DNA from: Candidatus Poribacteria bacterium
GTDB lineage: Bacteria; Poribacteria; WGA-4E; WGA-3G
Assembly (NCBI GenBank): GCA_965215265.1
Contig: OZ244048.1
Location: 1,216,001 to 1,280,000 of the forward strand
Length of the DNA: 64,000 nt
Direction of reading: 5' to 3'
The notes beneath the pieces are model-generated. The model was given only the letters and a program-made list of their open reading frames with translations. It was not told where the DNA came from and searched no databases. A program made the translations under genes and the position numbers. Positions 1-10,145 of the stretch are shown piece by piece (the stretch's first letter is position 1; each line of letters starts with the position of its first letter).

Positions 1-874
1 GAATGCGTCAATCCCTTATATCTCTCGGGTTGATGGTGGCACCTTGGAGTGGCTCCGCTCGTTTGGTGTATCAGTTTGCACATCTGCAGAATTAGCACAG
101 CGGGTTGAGGCACGGTTGAGCAAAGCACAGGTTTTAAGTCATGAATCCGCAGCACGGTTGGTTTTGTCTGCGAAAGATAAGGCGTTTGAATGCATCGGCA
201 CGCAGCTACGTGCCGGTAAACAAATTAGCGAATATGACGTTCAACAGTTCCTTCTTCAAAGGTTTGATGAATCGGAACTTATCACCGACCACCCGCCGAT
301 TGTCGCTGTCAATGCGAACAGCAGCAATCCGCATTATGCCCCCACATCATCCCATACCACCCCGATTAAAACCGGTGATTTTATTTTAATAGATCTGTGG
401 GCGAAACAGAAGCAGCCAGATGCTATTTTCGCAGACACAACATGGGTAGCTTATGCAGGAACAAACGTCCCACAGCAATATTTTGAGATTTTTGAGATTG
501 TGAAGGAAGCACGTGATCGGGGGGTGGCGTTCATTCGTCAAAAATGGGAAGGGACAGAACCCGTTTACGGTTACGCTGTAGATGACTGCGTTCGGGGGTA
601 TATTAACGAAAAAGGATATGGGCAGTTCTTCATTCACCGTACAGGCCATAACATCGGCACGGTTATCCACGGGAACGGTGTGAATTTAGATAATTTGGAG
701 ACGCGTGACGAGCGCGAGTTGATACCGGGTGTCTGCTTTTCGATAGAGCCCGGTATCTACCTTACTGAATTCGGTGTCCGGACTGAGATTGACGTTTTCT
801 TAGGCGATCGAGGGAAAGACGGCGTAAGAGTGACAACCTCTCCCGTTCAAAATCAGGTATTACCGTTGCTGTAA
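1..874 (+). CDS. M24 family Xaa-Pro aminopeptidase (5' truncated by window edge)
   Basis: Frame open from base 2; pita-bread motifs D-L-W-A-K...D-T-T, HRTGH, SIEPGIY, GVRTE. Confidence 0.9.
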   Translation, partial: NASIPYISRVDGGTLEWLRSFGVSVCTSAELAQRVEARLSKAQVLSHESAARLVLSAKDKAFECIGTQLRAGKQISEYDVQQFLLQRFDESELITDHPPIVAVNANSSNPHYAPTSSHTTPIKTGDFILIDLWAKQKQPDAIFADTTWVAYAGTNVPQQYFEIFEIVKEARDRGVAFIRQKWEGTEPVYGYAVDDCVRGYINEKGYGQFFIHRTGHNIGTVIHGNGVNLDNLETRDERELIPGVCFSIEPGIYLTEFGVRTEIDVFLGDRGKDGVRVTTSPVQNQVLPLL

Positions 875-1610
875 CCTGATAATTGCGTTTCTTAAGTTCA
901 TTGAGTATGTGTCCGAGATAAATTCTGGCGTTGATTATCCATTGCTCGGCATAACTCCGGGCAAGGATAGGGAGTGCTGTTGCAAGCCGTGGGGCGCTAA
1001 GCAACCACTGCTCTGCATAAGCAGCGTATTCCATATCCACAAGTCCAACGCTTCCGATTGAAAATCGGACATACTGTTTATCGTCTCGTGTTTCCAGATT
1101 CAGTTCCAGTGGTGTTTCAAGCGTCAGCCGTTTTGTTCCATCAATTTCAAGTATCCAGAAAAAGTAATCTTCATTATGTGCGAGGTATCCGATTTCGACC
1201 TGAAGCCGGTGGTTTACTTCTGTTGAGATTGGAATAGCTGCCATGTCGCGTTTGACCAAGAACGGATAGATAGCAGCGAAAAAGATTTGCTCAAATCCGC
1301 GCGGTAGGTTTGCATGGTTGAGGGTGTTGAGGAGAATCTGTTGTTCTTCAGGCTTCTGAAGTTCTAAGCAACTGGTTGCAAAAATCTCGTCCCGAAGGGC
1401 GCGCATCTCAACTGTGGCATTTGTGTCAAGCGGTATGAGTTGTTCACGCATTTTTAGGATGCGGCGGCGTTTTGGCGAGATCCGCCAAAGTACCCAGTGT
1501 ACCCACATTTGCCAAGTTTCTTTCGCGAGAATTTGCCACAATACGGCTTTCATGATGAGAAATCCGCGTTGAAAGAGATTTTCGTGAGTGAGGTTCGGTT
1601 GTTGGTTCAT
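762..1610 (-). CDS. Hypothetical protein
   Basis: 282-aa ORF with no recognised motif; 3' end overlaps the convergent peptidase by 113 nt. Confidence 0.6.
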   Translation of the reverse strand: MNQQPNLTHENLFQRGFLIMKAVLWQILAKETWQMWVHWVLWRISPKRRRILKMREQLIPLDTNATVEMRALRDEIFATSCLELQKPEEQQILLNTLNHANLPRGFEQIFFAAIYPFLVKRDMAAIPISTEVNHRLQVEIGYLAHNEDYFFWILEIDGTKRLTLETPLELNLETRDDKQYVRFSIGSVGLVDMEYAAYAEQWLLSAPRLATALPILARSYAEQWIINARIYLGHILNELKKRNYQVTATVIPDFERERLSLLRRLSLDRLRKRQSQSGHRIQ

Positions 1611-1628
1611 GGTGTACTGTAATTTTTT

Positions 1629-1657
1629 TTGACTTTTAGCTGAAAATGTGTTAGTAT
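1629..1657 (+). promoter_or_regulatory. Sigma70-type promoter of tRNA-Leu
   Basis: TTGACT-17 nt-TAGTAT just upstream of the tRNA. Confidence 0.6.
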
Positions 1658-1674
1658 ATTATAGATTGAAAAAT

Positions 1675-1759
1675 GCCGGAGTGGTGAAATCGGTAGACGC
1701 ACTGGACTCAAAATCCAGCGGGCCCTAGGTCCATGTCGGTTCGAGTCCGACCTCCGGCA
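1675..1759 (+). tRNA. tRNA-Leu(CAA)
   Basis: GCCGGAG/CTCCGGC acceptor stem, anticodon arm CTGGA-CTCAAAA-TCCAG, long variable arm, GGTTCGAGTCC T-arm; CCA not encoded. Confidence 0.95.
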
Positions 1760-1768
1760 TCCGGCATC

Positions 1769-1797
1769 AAAGGGACAGTGCTTGTACTGTCCCTTTC
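1769..1797. terminator. Bidirectional intrinsic terminator
   Basis: AAAGGGACAGT-gcttgt-ACTGTCCCTTT hairpin between the convergent tRNA and isomerase gene. Confidence 0.75.
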
Positions 1798-1801
1798 GTC
1801 T

Positions 1802-2593
1802 TTACATTTGGGTGATTTTGTGCATCCGCCGGGCCATATCAATTTGCACCTCGCGAGCCCCACTGACTTCATGAATGACATAACCGTCGTATCCGATGGT
1901 TCTAAACGCTTGCATCACAACAGGCCAATCTGTGTCGCCTTCTAACAATTTGACGAACTGATGCCCCCCTCTCGAAAAGTCCTTGAAGTGGACGCATTTG
2001 ATGCGCTCACCGAGCTCTAGGATCCAATGTTCAGTGTAACCGTAAGCCATCATGTTTGCGGTGTCCAGATAGGTGCCGACCCAATCGCTGTCAACTTCGT
2101 CCACAATTTCACGCATCTCCTTGGGGCTGAGTAGAAATTTGTTCCAGACGTTTTCCAATCCAATGGCAACTTGATGGGCTTCAGCTTCCGGTGCGAGCTC
2201 CCTTAAAACTCCTACGAGGTTATCCCAAACCGCTTGATATGTGCCTTCAGGGGTGAGTTGTCCGGGGGCCAACAAAATTGTGCCGACTTTGAGTACACCT
2301 GCTACCGCGATGCCACGGGCAAGGGAACGTTTTCCTTTTTCGCGGACTGTCGAATCGAGACTGAGCAGATTGCCGCCGTTGGCGTATCCGGCAGTAATAC
2401 TGCTGATTTCAATACCAGCCGCACCGCAGGTATCGGCGATGCCTTGAAGTTCTGCCTCGCTCATGTTGATGTCAGTATCTTTGCCTTCCCTGAAAGTCAG
2501 TTCAACAGCATCATAACCTGCTTCCCGACAGAGGTCCAGTGTATCAGTTAACGACATATTTCCGAGAATAATCTGTGTAACCCCTATCTTCAT
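1802..2593 (-). CDS. Sugar phosphate isomerase/epimerase (xylose isomerase-like TIM barrel)
   Basis: GYDAVEL, IGLENVWN, YLDTAN, VHFKD, GYDGYVIHE motifs; start MKIGVTQ overlaps the upstream stop (ATGA). Confidence 0.9.
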   Translation of the reverse strand: MKIGVTQIILGNMSLTDTLDLCREAGYDAVELTFREGKDTDINMSEAELQGIADTCGAAGIEISSITAGYANGGNLLSLDSTVREKGKRSLARGIAVAGVLKVGTILLAPGQLTPEGTYQAVWDNLVGVLRELAPEAEAHQVAIGLENVWNKFLLSPKEMREIVDEVDSDWVGTYLDTANMMAYGYTEHWILELGERIKCVHFKDFSRGGHQFVKLLEGDTDWPVVMQAFRTIGYDGYVIHEVSGAREVQIDMARRMHKITQM

Positions 2594-2829
2594 TTTTTCT
2601 CCTTTTCGGTGTAGAATTGATTGGCTGTCAATGCCTGGAGGTAGAGGTATCGGGTTTCGAGACATTGTGGACAGCGCAATTCGACGTAATATTTATCGTT
2701 AACGACAGCATCAATCCAGGTATCCGCTGTTGTACTGCCTAAAAACTGGTCAAGTACCTGATATTCTTGCTGACAATCGGGGCAGATTTGCAAATCGTGC
2801 CCGATATCAATTTTGTCCAACCAACTCAT
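2590..2829 (-). CDS. Small zinc-ribbon protein
   Basis: CPDC...CPQC pairs; starts 10 nt after the hflX stop and is ATGA-coupled to the next gene. Confidence 0.7.
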   Translation of the reverse strand: MSWLDKIDIGHDLQICPDCQQEYQVLDQFLGSTTADTWIDAVVNDKYYVELRCPQCLETRYLYLQALTANQFYTEKEKK

Positions 2830-2839
2830 TTTTATCGAA

Positions 2840-4120
2840 TTAGATGAGAAATTGCTCAACCGCCTTGAGATATCTACTAGGCATACGTGCTTGGACGTGA
2901 ACGGATTCGGTTGTGTACTCGGTTTGAATCACTGTACCGTGCTTGTAGAGCAGATCCAAGGTTTTTCCATCTGTATAAGGGATACCAAGGTGTATAGTGA
3001 TTAAGTGTGCTGCAAAACGTTCTGCCAATGCTTCGGTTAGTTTCTCAATACCGTCCCCTCGTTGTGCGGAAATAGGGATTGCGTCCGGATAGCGGCTTCG
3101 AATGACTTGGATTTTCTCTACGGTTTTGAGCCTGTCAATTTTATTCAGTGCCATCACGGTAGGGAGCTCGGTTGCCTCCAATTCGGCGAGGACTTGGTTG
3201 ACAGCATCAATCTGTGCCTCTGCTTCCGGATGACTCACATCGATGACGTGTATTAACAGATCTGCTTCTGCGACTTCTTCCAATGTTGCCTTGAATGCGG
3301 CGACGAGTTGGTGTGGCAGCTTCTTGATAAATCCGACGGTATCGCTCAAAAGCATCTGCTGGTTTTGTGGGAGATTTACTTTCCGCGTGGTTGAGTCAAG
3401 TGTTGCAAACAATTTGTTCTCAGCAAGGACGTTTTCGCCGGTAAGTGTATTGAAGAGGGTTGACTTTCCTGCATTGGTGTATCCGACGAGTGAAACGTTG
3501 ATTTTTTCGTCACGATTGCGCCGCTGTACGCATCGCCGCTTTTCAACCTTGTCAAGTGCTTTTCTGACTTGCGAGATGTCCCGGCGTATCCAACGTCTGT
3601 CAATTTCGAGTTGGGTTTCCCCGGGTCCGCGCAGGTATCCACCGCCGCTGCCACCTGTTCCGAGTCGGGAGAGGTGCTTCCACATACGGGTTAGCCGCGG
3701 AAGTGCATATTCCAACTGTGCCAAAGCGACCTGGAGACTAGCTGCCTTTGTCTGCGCGCGTTGCGCGAAGACCTGGAGGATGAGCCCCGTTCTGTCAATG
3801 ACAGTAGTATCAAGCGCGATTTCTACATTTCGCGTTTGCGCCGGTGACATTTCTTCGTCAAAAATAATTGCATCGGCTTCAAGTTCAGTAACTAACGTCT
3901 TAAGTTCCTCAACCTTGCCTGCTCCAATAAAGTAGGTAGGATTCGGCAGATTACGGGACTGAATTGTTTCACAAACCGCTTGGATGCCAGCGGTTTCAGT
4001 GAGTTGGCGCAATTCAGATAAGGATTCCTCGGTTTCGTGCATCAAGGTATCGCGAAGCTTTACACCTACTAAGATTGCGCGTGACGGAGGATTTGGAGCC
4101 CGGGTATCGTAAAGTTGCAT
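2840..4120 (-). CDS. hflX: GTPase HflX
   Basis: RGPGETQLEIDRR, GYTNAGKS, LFATLD, DTVGF, NKID; GGAGG RBS before MQLYD. Confidence 0.97.
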   Translation of the reverse strand: MQLYDTRAPNPPSRAILVGVKLRDTLMHETEESLSELRQLTETAGIQAVCETIQSRNLPNPTYFIGAGKVEELKTLVTELEADAIIFDEEMSPAQTRNVEIALDTTVIDRTGLILQVFAQRAQTKAASLQVALAQLEYALPRLTRMWKHLSRLGTGGSGGGYLRGPGETQLEIDRRWIRRDISQVRKALDKVEKRRCVQRRNRDEKINVSLVGYTNAGKSTLFNTLTGENVLAENKLFATLDSTTRKVNLPQNQQMLLSDTVGFIKKLPHQLVAAFKATLEEVAEADLLIHVIDVSHPEAEAQIDAVNQVLAELEATELPTVMALNKIDRLKTVEKIQVIRSRYPDAIPISAQRGDGIEKLTEALAERFAAHLITIHLGIPYTDGKTLDLLYKHGTVIQTEYTTESVHVQARMPSRYLKAVEQFLI

Positions 4121-4264
4121 AGAGACCTCCTTGTAAATATTAGATATATAGTTTATCATGTGCATGTTCTGTTTTCAACTAAAATCCGTTTCGTAAAAAA
4201 ATCGTAAATTCCGACGTTTTTTGTTGCATACTACTTAATATCTATGTTATAATTGAAATATATT

Positions 4265-4726
4265 GTGAAAACTGTTAAAAAAACCACTCAGAATTCTGTG
4301 ATAACTGTTAATCGTAAGGCGCGTTTTGACTACCATTTGCAAGAACGGTATGAAGTAGGTATTGTTTTGCAAGGCACAGAGGTGAAGGCGATTCGTGCGG
4401 GGCAGTTCAATCTTACTGATAGTTACGCTCGAATTAGCGAAGGCGAGATATTTCTTATAGATGCGCATATCGGGTTGTATAAACACGGCAACCGTGCAAA
4501 TCATGAACCGAAACGTCCGAGGAAGCTGCTGCTGCACCGGCGGGAAATCAAGAAGCTTGACCGCTCGATCCGTTCAAAAGGGACGACTCTCGTGCCAACA
4601 CGTGCTTATTTTAGTAATGGAAAGGTTAAGGTGGAATTAGCAGTAGCAATCGGTAGGAGGCTGTACGATAAGCGAGATCAGCTCCAGAACGAAGCAGCCG
4701 CGCAACAGATTCGGGAATACCGTTAA
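4265..4726 (+). CDS. smpB: SsrA-binding protein SmpB
   Basis: NRKARFDY, GTEVKAIR, RKLLLHRREI, YDKR; start codon uncertain (GTG 4265); promoter TTGCAT-18-TATAAT at 4224-4253. Confidence 0.95.
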   Translation: MKTVKKTTQNSVITVNRKARFDYHLQERYEVGIVLQGTEVKAIRAGQFNLTDSYARISEGEIFLIDAHIGLYKHGNRANHEPKRPRKLLLHRREIKKLDRSIRSKGTTLVPTRAYFSNGKVKVELAVAIGRRLYDKRDQLQNEAAAQQIREYR

Positions 4727-4915
4727 GGGGTATTGGCTTGTCAGTGCAAAAACGGTTTTACTAGAAAACGATTTCTGTCCGGGTATGCCTAAGGTGCTGC
4801 GTTCTTTAATTTTATGGGCACAGTGTTCCTAAGACGGTTTTTCAAAAATTCAGTATGGATGCTAAAAGTCTCGCAAAGTGAACGCGTTTTCAGCGTAAGG
4901 TAAGACTGAAAAATC

Positions 4916-5265
4916 GGGGGTGAAAAGGTTTCGACGAAGGTAGATGAGATATAGGTTGCATGCCGAGGACTCCGCAGGCCTCGTTAAATTGGCGGAACAA
5001 CTATAATTGCTGATGAAGAATTAGCACTAGCTGCTTAATGCGGCTACGCTTTGCCGACTTGCTGCCCGTCAGGGAAGCAAAAGCGTCGCAATACGGGCTA
5101 GTAGTTCGTCTTTTCTCAAGGAACGAGCTGCGAACCATAACTTGAGATAGCCTATTGTGAGACGTGCACAAGCGTGTCTGATAGGTGAATTTTAAACTTG
5201 TGATAAGCATGTAGTAGCCTCTATTGAAATGCTTTCGGACGCGGGTTCGACTCCCGCCACCTCCA
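4916..5265 (+). ncRNA. ssrA: tmRNA; tag peptide (A)ADEELALAA at 5009-5038
   Basis: GGGGGTG...TTCGAC 5' end pairs with CACCTCCA 3' end, T-arm GCGGGTTCGACTCCCGC, tag ORF ending LALAA, next to smpB. Confidence 0.95.
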
Positions 5266-5290
5266 CTTCCTACTCGGGGCATGGATAGAA

Positions 5291-5698
5291 ATGGCTGAGT
5301 TTGAGAACTTACCAGAGCGTGTCCAAAAACTAATTAACACCGAATTGATATCGGATGAACGGTTCTGTTTTTGCACACTGGGCCGTTCCACACTCTTAAG
5401 TCCTGATTTTGTTGTGCTGACGACCCACCGTCTGCTGGTAGTCGATGAGCGGCAGATAGGCATTCTCAGCATTTCCTACGCGAATATTCGATGTAACGTT
5501 CTGTTTACAGAGATAAAAGCGGTGCGCCTTGTTTTTGACCTGAGACACCGGCTCCTGGGGCAAGCGTGTCTTGAAATTGAAGTTGCACGTCAACTCTATC
5601 TATTAGATAATCTCAATGTACGGGAAGCGAAGCGGGTTCAAGCGTTCATCGCTGCCCGTACCTATGTTACTGAAACCGGGAGTTCTTCTATTCAATAG
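5291..5698 (+). CDS. Hypothetical protein, possible bacterial PH domain
   Basis: 135-aa ORF with VVLTTHRLLVV, a pattern typical of bPH domains. Confidence 0.6.
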   Translation: MAEFENLPERVQKLINTELISDERFCFCTLGRSTLLSPDFVVLTTHRLLVVDERQIGILSISYANIRCNVLFTEIKAVRLVFDLRHRLLGQACLEIEVARQLYLLDNLNVREAKRVQAFIAARTYVTETGSSSIQ

Positions 5699-5798
5699 GG
5701 GTACGGCAGCACTACTATGCTTCCTTGTAGTACACTTTACCAAGTGTCAAGCATGCTTGAAAAGCAACGCCTGATTTCATAGAAGGGCATTTAAAACC

Positions 5799-6521
5799 AT
5801 GCTTTCGTATCTGGAATATTTCCTTGCTTCTTATAATGTTTGGTTCACAGCCCCTCTTTTTATTGTCTTCTTATTTGCGCTCTTTCGGTTATTTATGGGT
5901 GGGTTAGATTTTGGTAGCGCGGAGGGGGATGCTGACGTAGACGCGGATATAGACATAGATGCGGATGTTGACGTAGACGCAGATATAGACATAGATGCGG
6001 ATGTGGATGCGGATATGGATGCGGATGCGGATGCAAATGGGGAGCCTGGTAGTGCCTGGGTTGATGTATTGGGATTTTTGAACGTTGGCCGGGCTCCAGT
6101 GATGGTTGTACTCATGTCTATTTTTGCAATATGGGGCATTTCCGGCTTGATTGCAAATGGGTTGTTTAATGTTACGGCAAATCCGCAGTGGTTTTGGGCT
6201 TCGTGTGTGGTTGCCTTTCTATGTAGTTTTGTAGGCACGCGCTACCTCACCTTGGGGGTTTCCAAACTCTTTCCGGAAAGCGAACCGGCCGTTAGGGATA
6301 TTCAATTGCTCGGTTTAAGCGGGCGTGTAATTAGCGGTCAAATAACAACGACTTTTGGAACAGTGCGTGTGCATGTTCCAGGTGGGCCAGTATTAACAGT
6401 CAATTGCCATATGAAAACGGGCGAAGAGATGCCGGTGAAAGGGGATACTGTGATACTTGTCAACTATAACAGTGAAAAACGGATTTTTGAGGTAAAAAAA
6501 ACTGAAGCAGAAATAGGGTAA
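5799..6521 (+). CDS. YqiJ/DUF1449-like membrane protein with NfeD-like OB fold
   Basis: TM segments, acidic DADVDID repeats, LGFLNVGRAP, C-terminal OB-like region; precedes flotillin. Confidence 0.85.
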   Translation: MLSYLEYFLASYNVWFTAPLFIVFLFALFRLFMGGLDFGSAEGDADVDADIDIDADVDVDADIDIDADVDADMDADADANGEPGSAWVDVLGFLNVGRAPVMVVLMSIFAIWGISGLIANGLFNVTANPQWFWASCVVAFLCSFVGTRYLTLGVSKLFPESEPAVRDIQLLGLSGRVISGQITTTFGTVRVHVPGGPVLTVNCHMKTGEEMPVKGDTVILVNYNSEKRIFEVKKTEAEIG

Positions 6522-6639
6522 CGTCTGAAGTATTTTTCTTTTATTGATTATATAAAGATCGTTTAGGATTTTTGATGCAGCTTCACTATTTTCATAGATG
6601 CACTTTATTAGTGCAGAACCGATGTATGGAGGAAGTTTT

Positions 6640-8502
6640 ATGTCTCCCAATTTATTTATAACAATTGTCGGAGGATTCGGAGCACTGTTCGCCGTTTTCG
6701 TGCTCATTTACAAATCCTTCTATAGAAAGGCCCCTCCGGATTCCGCGTTAGTGATTTCAGGAGGCAGAAAAAAGCGGGTTGTGTTTGGAGGTAGTCTTGT
6801 CAATCCAATTACGAATACAACGCAATTGATTTCGTTGAACACAATGCAACTGCCTGTTGAACGCACAGGACAGGCGGCGTTGATTACCAAAGATAGCTTG
6901 CGCGTCGATTTGGAAGCGCAATTCTACGTAAAAATTGAGCCGAATGAACAGGATGTTCTCAAAGCGGTTGAGAGCCTTGGGGATAAAACGTTGACACCGG
7001 CACAGGTTAATTTGCTGCTTGAAGGTAAACTCGTGGGCGTTTTGCGGAGTGTGGCCGCCACGATGGATCTGCAAGAATTACACGAAAAACGCCAAGAATT
7101 CTCAGACCAGGTTCAAGAAGCGTGCCGGGACGACCTGGAGCAAAACGGGTTTAAGTTGGAAAGCGTCGCTGTGACAAACTTGGATCAGACACCGCTTGAG
7201 GCACTTGACGAGAACAACCGGTTTGATGTCGTCGCAATTCAGACGATTAAACAAGAAGTCGAAGATCGGCAGACGCAGACAGCACGAATTGAGCATGAAA
7301 ATGCTGTTAAACGTGAAGAAGACCGGCTCAAATCCGAGCTTGAGATTAAGCAGCGTGAAGAAGAGACAGAGACGCAAGCGTTAGAGGTAGCACGGCGACT
7401 TGACTTTGCACAAGAAGAGCAACAGCGTGAAATCGCTACCAATAAAGCAGAACAAGGACGCACTGTTGAATCGCATAAACTGGAGCAGCTCCAAGCAATT
7501 GAAGAAGCGCGTCTACGGCAAGAGGAAGCGGTAAAGTCCACAGAGATTGCACAGAAGCAGAAACTTGAGTTGGCACGGATTGAACAAGAACGCAAGGTTC
7601 AAGAGATGGAGATCAGCCAAAAGCAGACGGTCGAAATTGCACGTGTACAGCAACAACAGCTGGTCGAAGAGGCTGAAATTCAGCGGAACCTCACGATTGA
7701 AAGTGCAAAGATTGAGCAGCAGCGGGCCGTTGAAGAGGCAGGGATTGCAAGCCGAATAGTACTTATAGAAAAACAGCGCGAAGAAAAAGAGGCAGAGGCA
7801 CAAAATGCGATCCAGGTTTCGATAAAAGAGAAGGAACTTGAGGCTGCACTCATTGAACTGTTGGGTGTTTCCGCAGAAAAGGCGAAAGCAGAAGCGAACG
7901 TCTTAACTGCTGAGGCGATTGAAGAAGCAGAGCGGCAAAGCAAAATCGCACTAATTCGTGCCGAGCAAGAAGCAGACGAAGAACGAATTGCCAAGGAACG
8001 GGCCGCTGATGCTGAGGCGTATGCAGTTGTTGAAGCAGCAAAGGCAGAATTAAGTGCCGCTGAAGTCAAAGCAGAAGCACAACGCATCCTGGCTGAGGCC
8101 CTTCTTGTCGAGGCAAAAGCGAAAGCTGATGGAGAAGAGGCATCTATTGCAGCAAGAAATCAGGCTGAGCCTCAAGTCCTTATTAGTGATGCGGTGTTAG
8201 CTCTTATTGAATCGCTGCCGCAGGTTACGAACGAATTGATGAAACCGGCAGAGCGAATTGAAAGTATCCGGGTGCTGGATCTTGGCGGCAGCAACGGCAG
8301 TAATGGGAATGCTGGCGGGATGAATCGCATCCTCAGCTCAATTGTGAATGCTGGGGCCGCGATGCCGTTGCTAAAGGAGCTGGTCGGATTCAGCGGACTG
8401 GATACAGAAAAAATTGCTGAAACTGTTAAGGTTTACGCTTCAGGATTGGCACAAAATACCAAAGTAACGGCAGATCCGACTGAAGCGTCGGATTCCAATT
8501 AA
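6640..8502 (+). CDS. Flotillin / SPFH band-7 protein (YqiK-like)
   Basis: N-terminal TM, ALITKDSLRVD, LESVAVTNLDQT, long E/A/Q coiled coil, MKPAERIESIRV; GGAGG RBS. Confidence 0.92.
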   Translation: MSPNLFITIVGGFGALFAVFVLIYKSFYRKAPPDSALVISGGRKKRVVFGGSLVNPITNTTQLISLNTMQLPVERTGQAALITKDSLRVDLEAQFYVKIEPNEQDVLKAVESLGDKTLTPAQVNLLLEGKLVGVLRSVAATMDLQELHEKRQEFSDQVQEACRDDLEQNGFKLESVAVTNLDQTPLEALDENNRFDVVAIQTIKQEVEDRQTQTARIEHENAVKREEDRLKSELEIKQREEETETQALEVARRLDFAQEEQQREIATNKAEQGRTVESHKLEQLQAIEEARLRQEEAVKSTEIAQKQKLELARIEQERKVQEMEISQKQTVEIARVQQQQLVEEAEIQRNLTIESAKIEQQRAVEEAGIASRIVLIEKQREEKEAEAQNAIQVSIKEKELEAALIELLGVSAEKAKAEANVLTAEAIEEAERQSKIALIRAEQEADEERIAKERAADAEAYAVVEAAKAELSAAEVKAEAQRILAEALLVEAKAKADGEEASIAARNQAEPQVLISDAVLALIESLPQVTNELMKPAERIESIRVLDLGGSNGSNGNAGGMNRILSSIVNAGAAMPLLKELVGFSGLDTEKIAETVKVYASGLAQNTKVTADPTEASDSN

Positions 8503-8599
8503 CCAGTGGGCGTGCTGATAAAGCGTGCCCTACAAAGCACTGCTCTCAGCGAAAATTAATTAAATTCTAAACCTTCAGGAATTCAGAGAGGAGCTACAA

Positions 8600-9109
8600 A
8601 TGGCTAAGCAGAAACATACTATGATTGAATTTAACGTTAACTTTCTCTCTATTGATCAGAGTACCGGTGCTCCGATAGTTGTTCTAAAAGAGAAAGACGG
8701 AGACCCCAAGCGGATATTGTTATTCTTGATTGGCGAATCCGAAGCAAGTTCTATCCATATGCGATTGGAAAAGATGGAACTCCCACGCCCTATGACGCAC
8801 GATCTGCTCAAGACTGTAATTGAAAGGTTGGATGCAGCAGTAAGTTTTGTCTGCGTAACCGCATTTGAGGAGCGGACTTTTTATGCCCAGATAAAACTGC
8901 TGGCGAACGGTAATGAGTTTGATATAGATTCGCGTCCGAGTGATGCAATTGCACTCGCGCTCCGTTGTGACGCTCCCATCTATGTCGCAGAAGACGTGGT
9001 AGAAGAACACGGGTTCTCTGAAAAGAATCTTGAGAAGCCACGGAAACGCGACACCAAAGATCTGTTAGAGAACTTAGATGATGACACCTTAAAACAGTAT
9101 ACAGTTTAG
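8600..9109 (+). CDS. Bifunctional nuclease family (DUF151)
   Basis: RPMTHDL, TFYA, DSRPSDAIALALR motifs. Confidence 0.93.
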   Translation: MAKQKHTMIEFNVNFLSIDQSTGAPIVVLKEKDGDPKRILLFLIGESEASSIHMRLEKMELPRPMTHDLLKTVIERLDAAVSFVCVTAFEERTFYAQIKLLANGNEFDIDSRPSDAIALALRCDAPIYVAEDVVEEHGFSEKNLEKPRKRDTKDLLENLDDDTLKQYTV

Positions 9110-9149
9110 AACGGAATGGAACGGCGACACGCTCTTCCATTCCGTTTTC
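9110..9149 (+). terminator. Intrinsic terminator
   Basis: AACGGAATGGAA...TTCCATTCCGTTTT hairpin. Confidence 0.65.
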
Positions 9150-9227
9150 CCGATACCCCCTAATAGGCGGCTTTCTTCGCGACAAGGTTGCGTGATATCG
9201 CCCAGAGCCGCCTGATTTCGAGATAGA

Positions 9228-10145
9228 ATGAGATTCAAAACCACGAATTCACTTAACCCCAATTTTACGGTGCTACATCAAGATTGCACGGAAATGTTAA
9301 ATAGCAAGATACTTGCATCGAGTATTGACACGACTTTCCTTGATCCGCCGTTTAATCAGGACAAAGCATACAAGACATGGGATGATAATATGCCAGCGGA
9401 AATGTATTGGGCCTGGATGCAGGAAATATGCACCAAGATTTACGCGTTGACTTCCCATGGCGGTGCCATCTATTTCATGCAACGCGAGAAAAATACGGAA
9501 TTCGTCTTGCAGTGTTTGCGCGAGTCCGGATGGAACTTCCAAAACCTGATTGTCTGGAAAAAGAAGACCTCGGCTGTTCCTGGAATGAAGCGTTTTGGCA
9601 AGCACTATCAGATTATCGCCTTTGCAACCAAAGGCACCTCGCCGCGCGTTTTTCATCGGCTGCGAATTGATCCACCGCTGCCTTCTAGCTACAAGCACCC
9701 CCGGAAAAACGGAATGTTTGTCACAGATGTTTGGGATGATATTCGTGAGTTAACATCAGGCTATTTTGCAGGCGATGAAGCATTGCGAGACGCAGAAGGG
9801 AATCGGTTACACAAGCAACAGGCACCGGTTCAACTCTTGCTGCGGATCCTCCTCTCTTCAACAAACCCCGGCGATGTCGTACTAGATCCGTTCGCTGGTT
9901 CCGGAACGACATTGGTTGTTGCTGAACAGTTAGGACGGAAGTCAATAGGGATTGAACTAGACCCGTTTAACGTTGCGTTAATTCAAAAACGGATTGCTGA
10001 ACAGAGAACAGCGGACGATGTGTCGCGATTTTTCAAAGATTACGCGTGTACTCCGGATTTGGAAACAATTTGGGGAACACCTGAAGCGACCTCCACGGAT
10101 CCGCTGGTTTCCAAACAGATAACACTTTTTGAGTCAAATCGATAG
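9228..10145 (+). CDS. Site-specific DNA methyltransferase (N4/N6, beta class)
   Basis: Catalytic DPPF precedes the SAM motif VLDPFAGSGTT and GIELD. Confidence 0.93.
   Translation: MRFKTTNSLNPNFTVLHQDCTEMLNSKILASSIDTTFLDPPFNQDKAYKTWDDNMPAEMYWAWMQEICTKIYALTSHGGAIYFMQREKNTEFVLQCLRESGWNFQNLIVWKKKTSAVPGMKRFGKHYQIIAFATKGTSPRVFHRLRIDPPLPSSYKHPRKNGMFVTDVWDDIRELTSGYFAGDEALRDAEGNRLHKQQAPVQLLLRILLSSTNPGDVVLDPFAGSGTTLVVAEQLGRKSIGIELDPFNVALIQKRIAEQRTADDVSRFFKDYACTPDLETIWGTPEATSTDPLVSKQITLFESNR

Noticed and set aside
762-874. Functional convergent overlap of two genes
   Set aside because: It is more simply explained by stop-codon loss extending the hypothetical ORF.
1752-1768. TCCGGCA duplication at the tRNA 3' end as an att site
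   Set aside because: It is only 7-9 bp and adjacent, with no integrase or distant copy in the window.
5240-5270. Island integrated at ssrA
   Set aside because: No integrase and no duplicated ssrA 3' end were seen.
5928-6035. Asp-rich tandem repeats in the yqiJ-like gene as novel
   Set aside because: Acidic low-complexity linkers are usual in this family.
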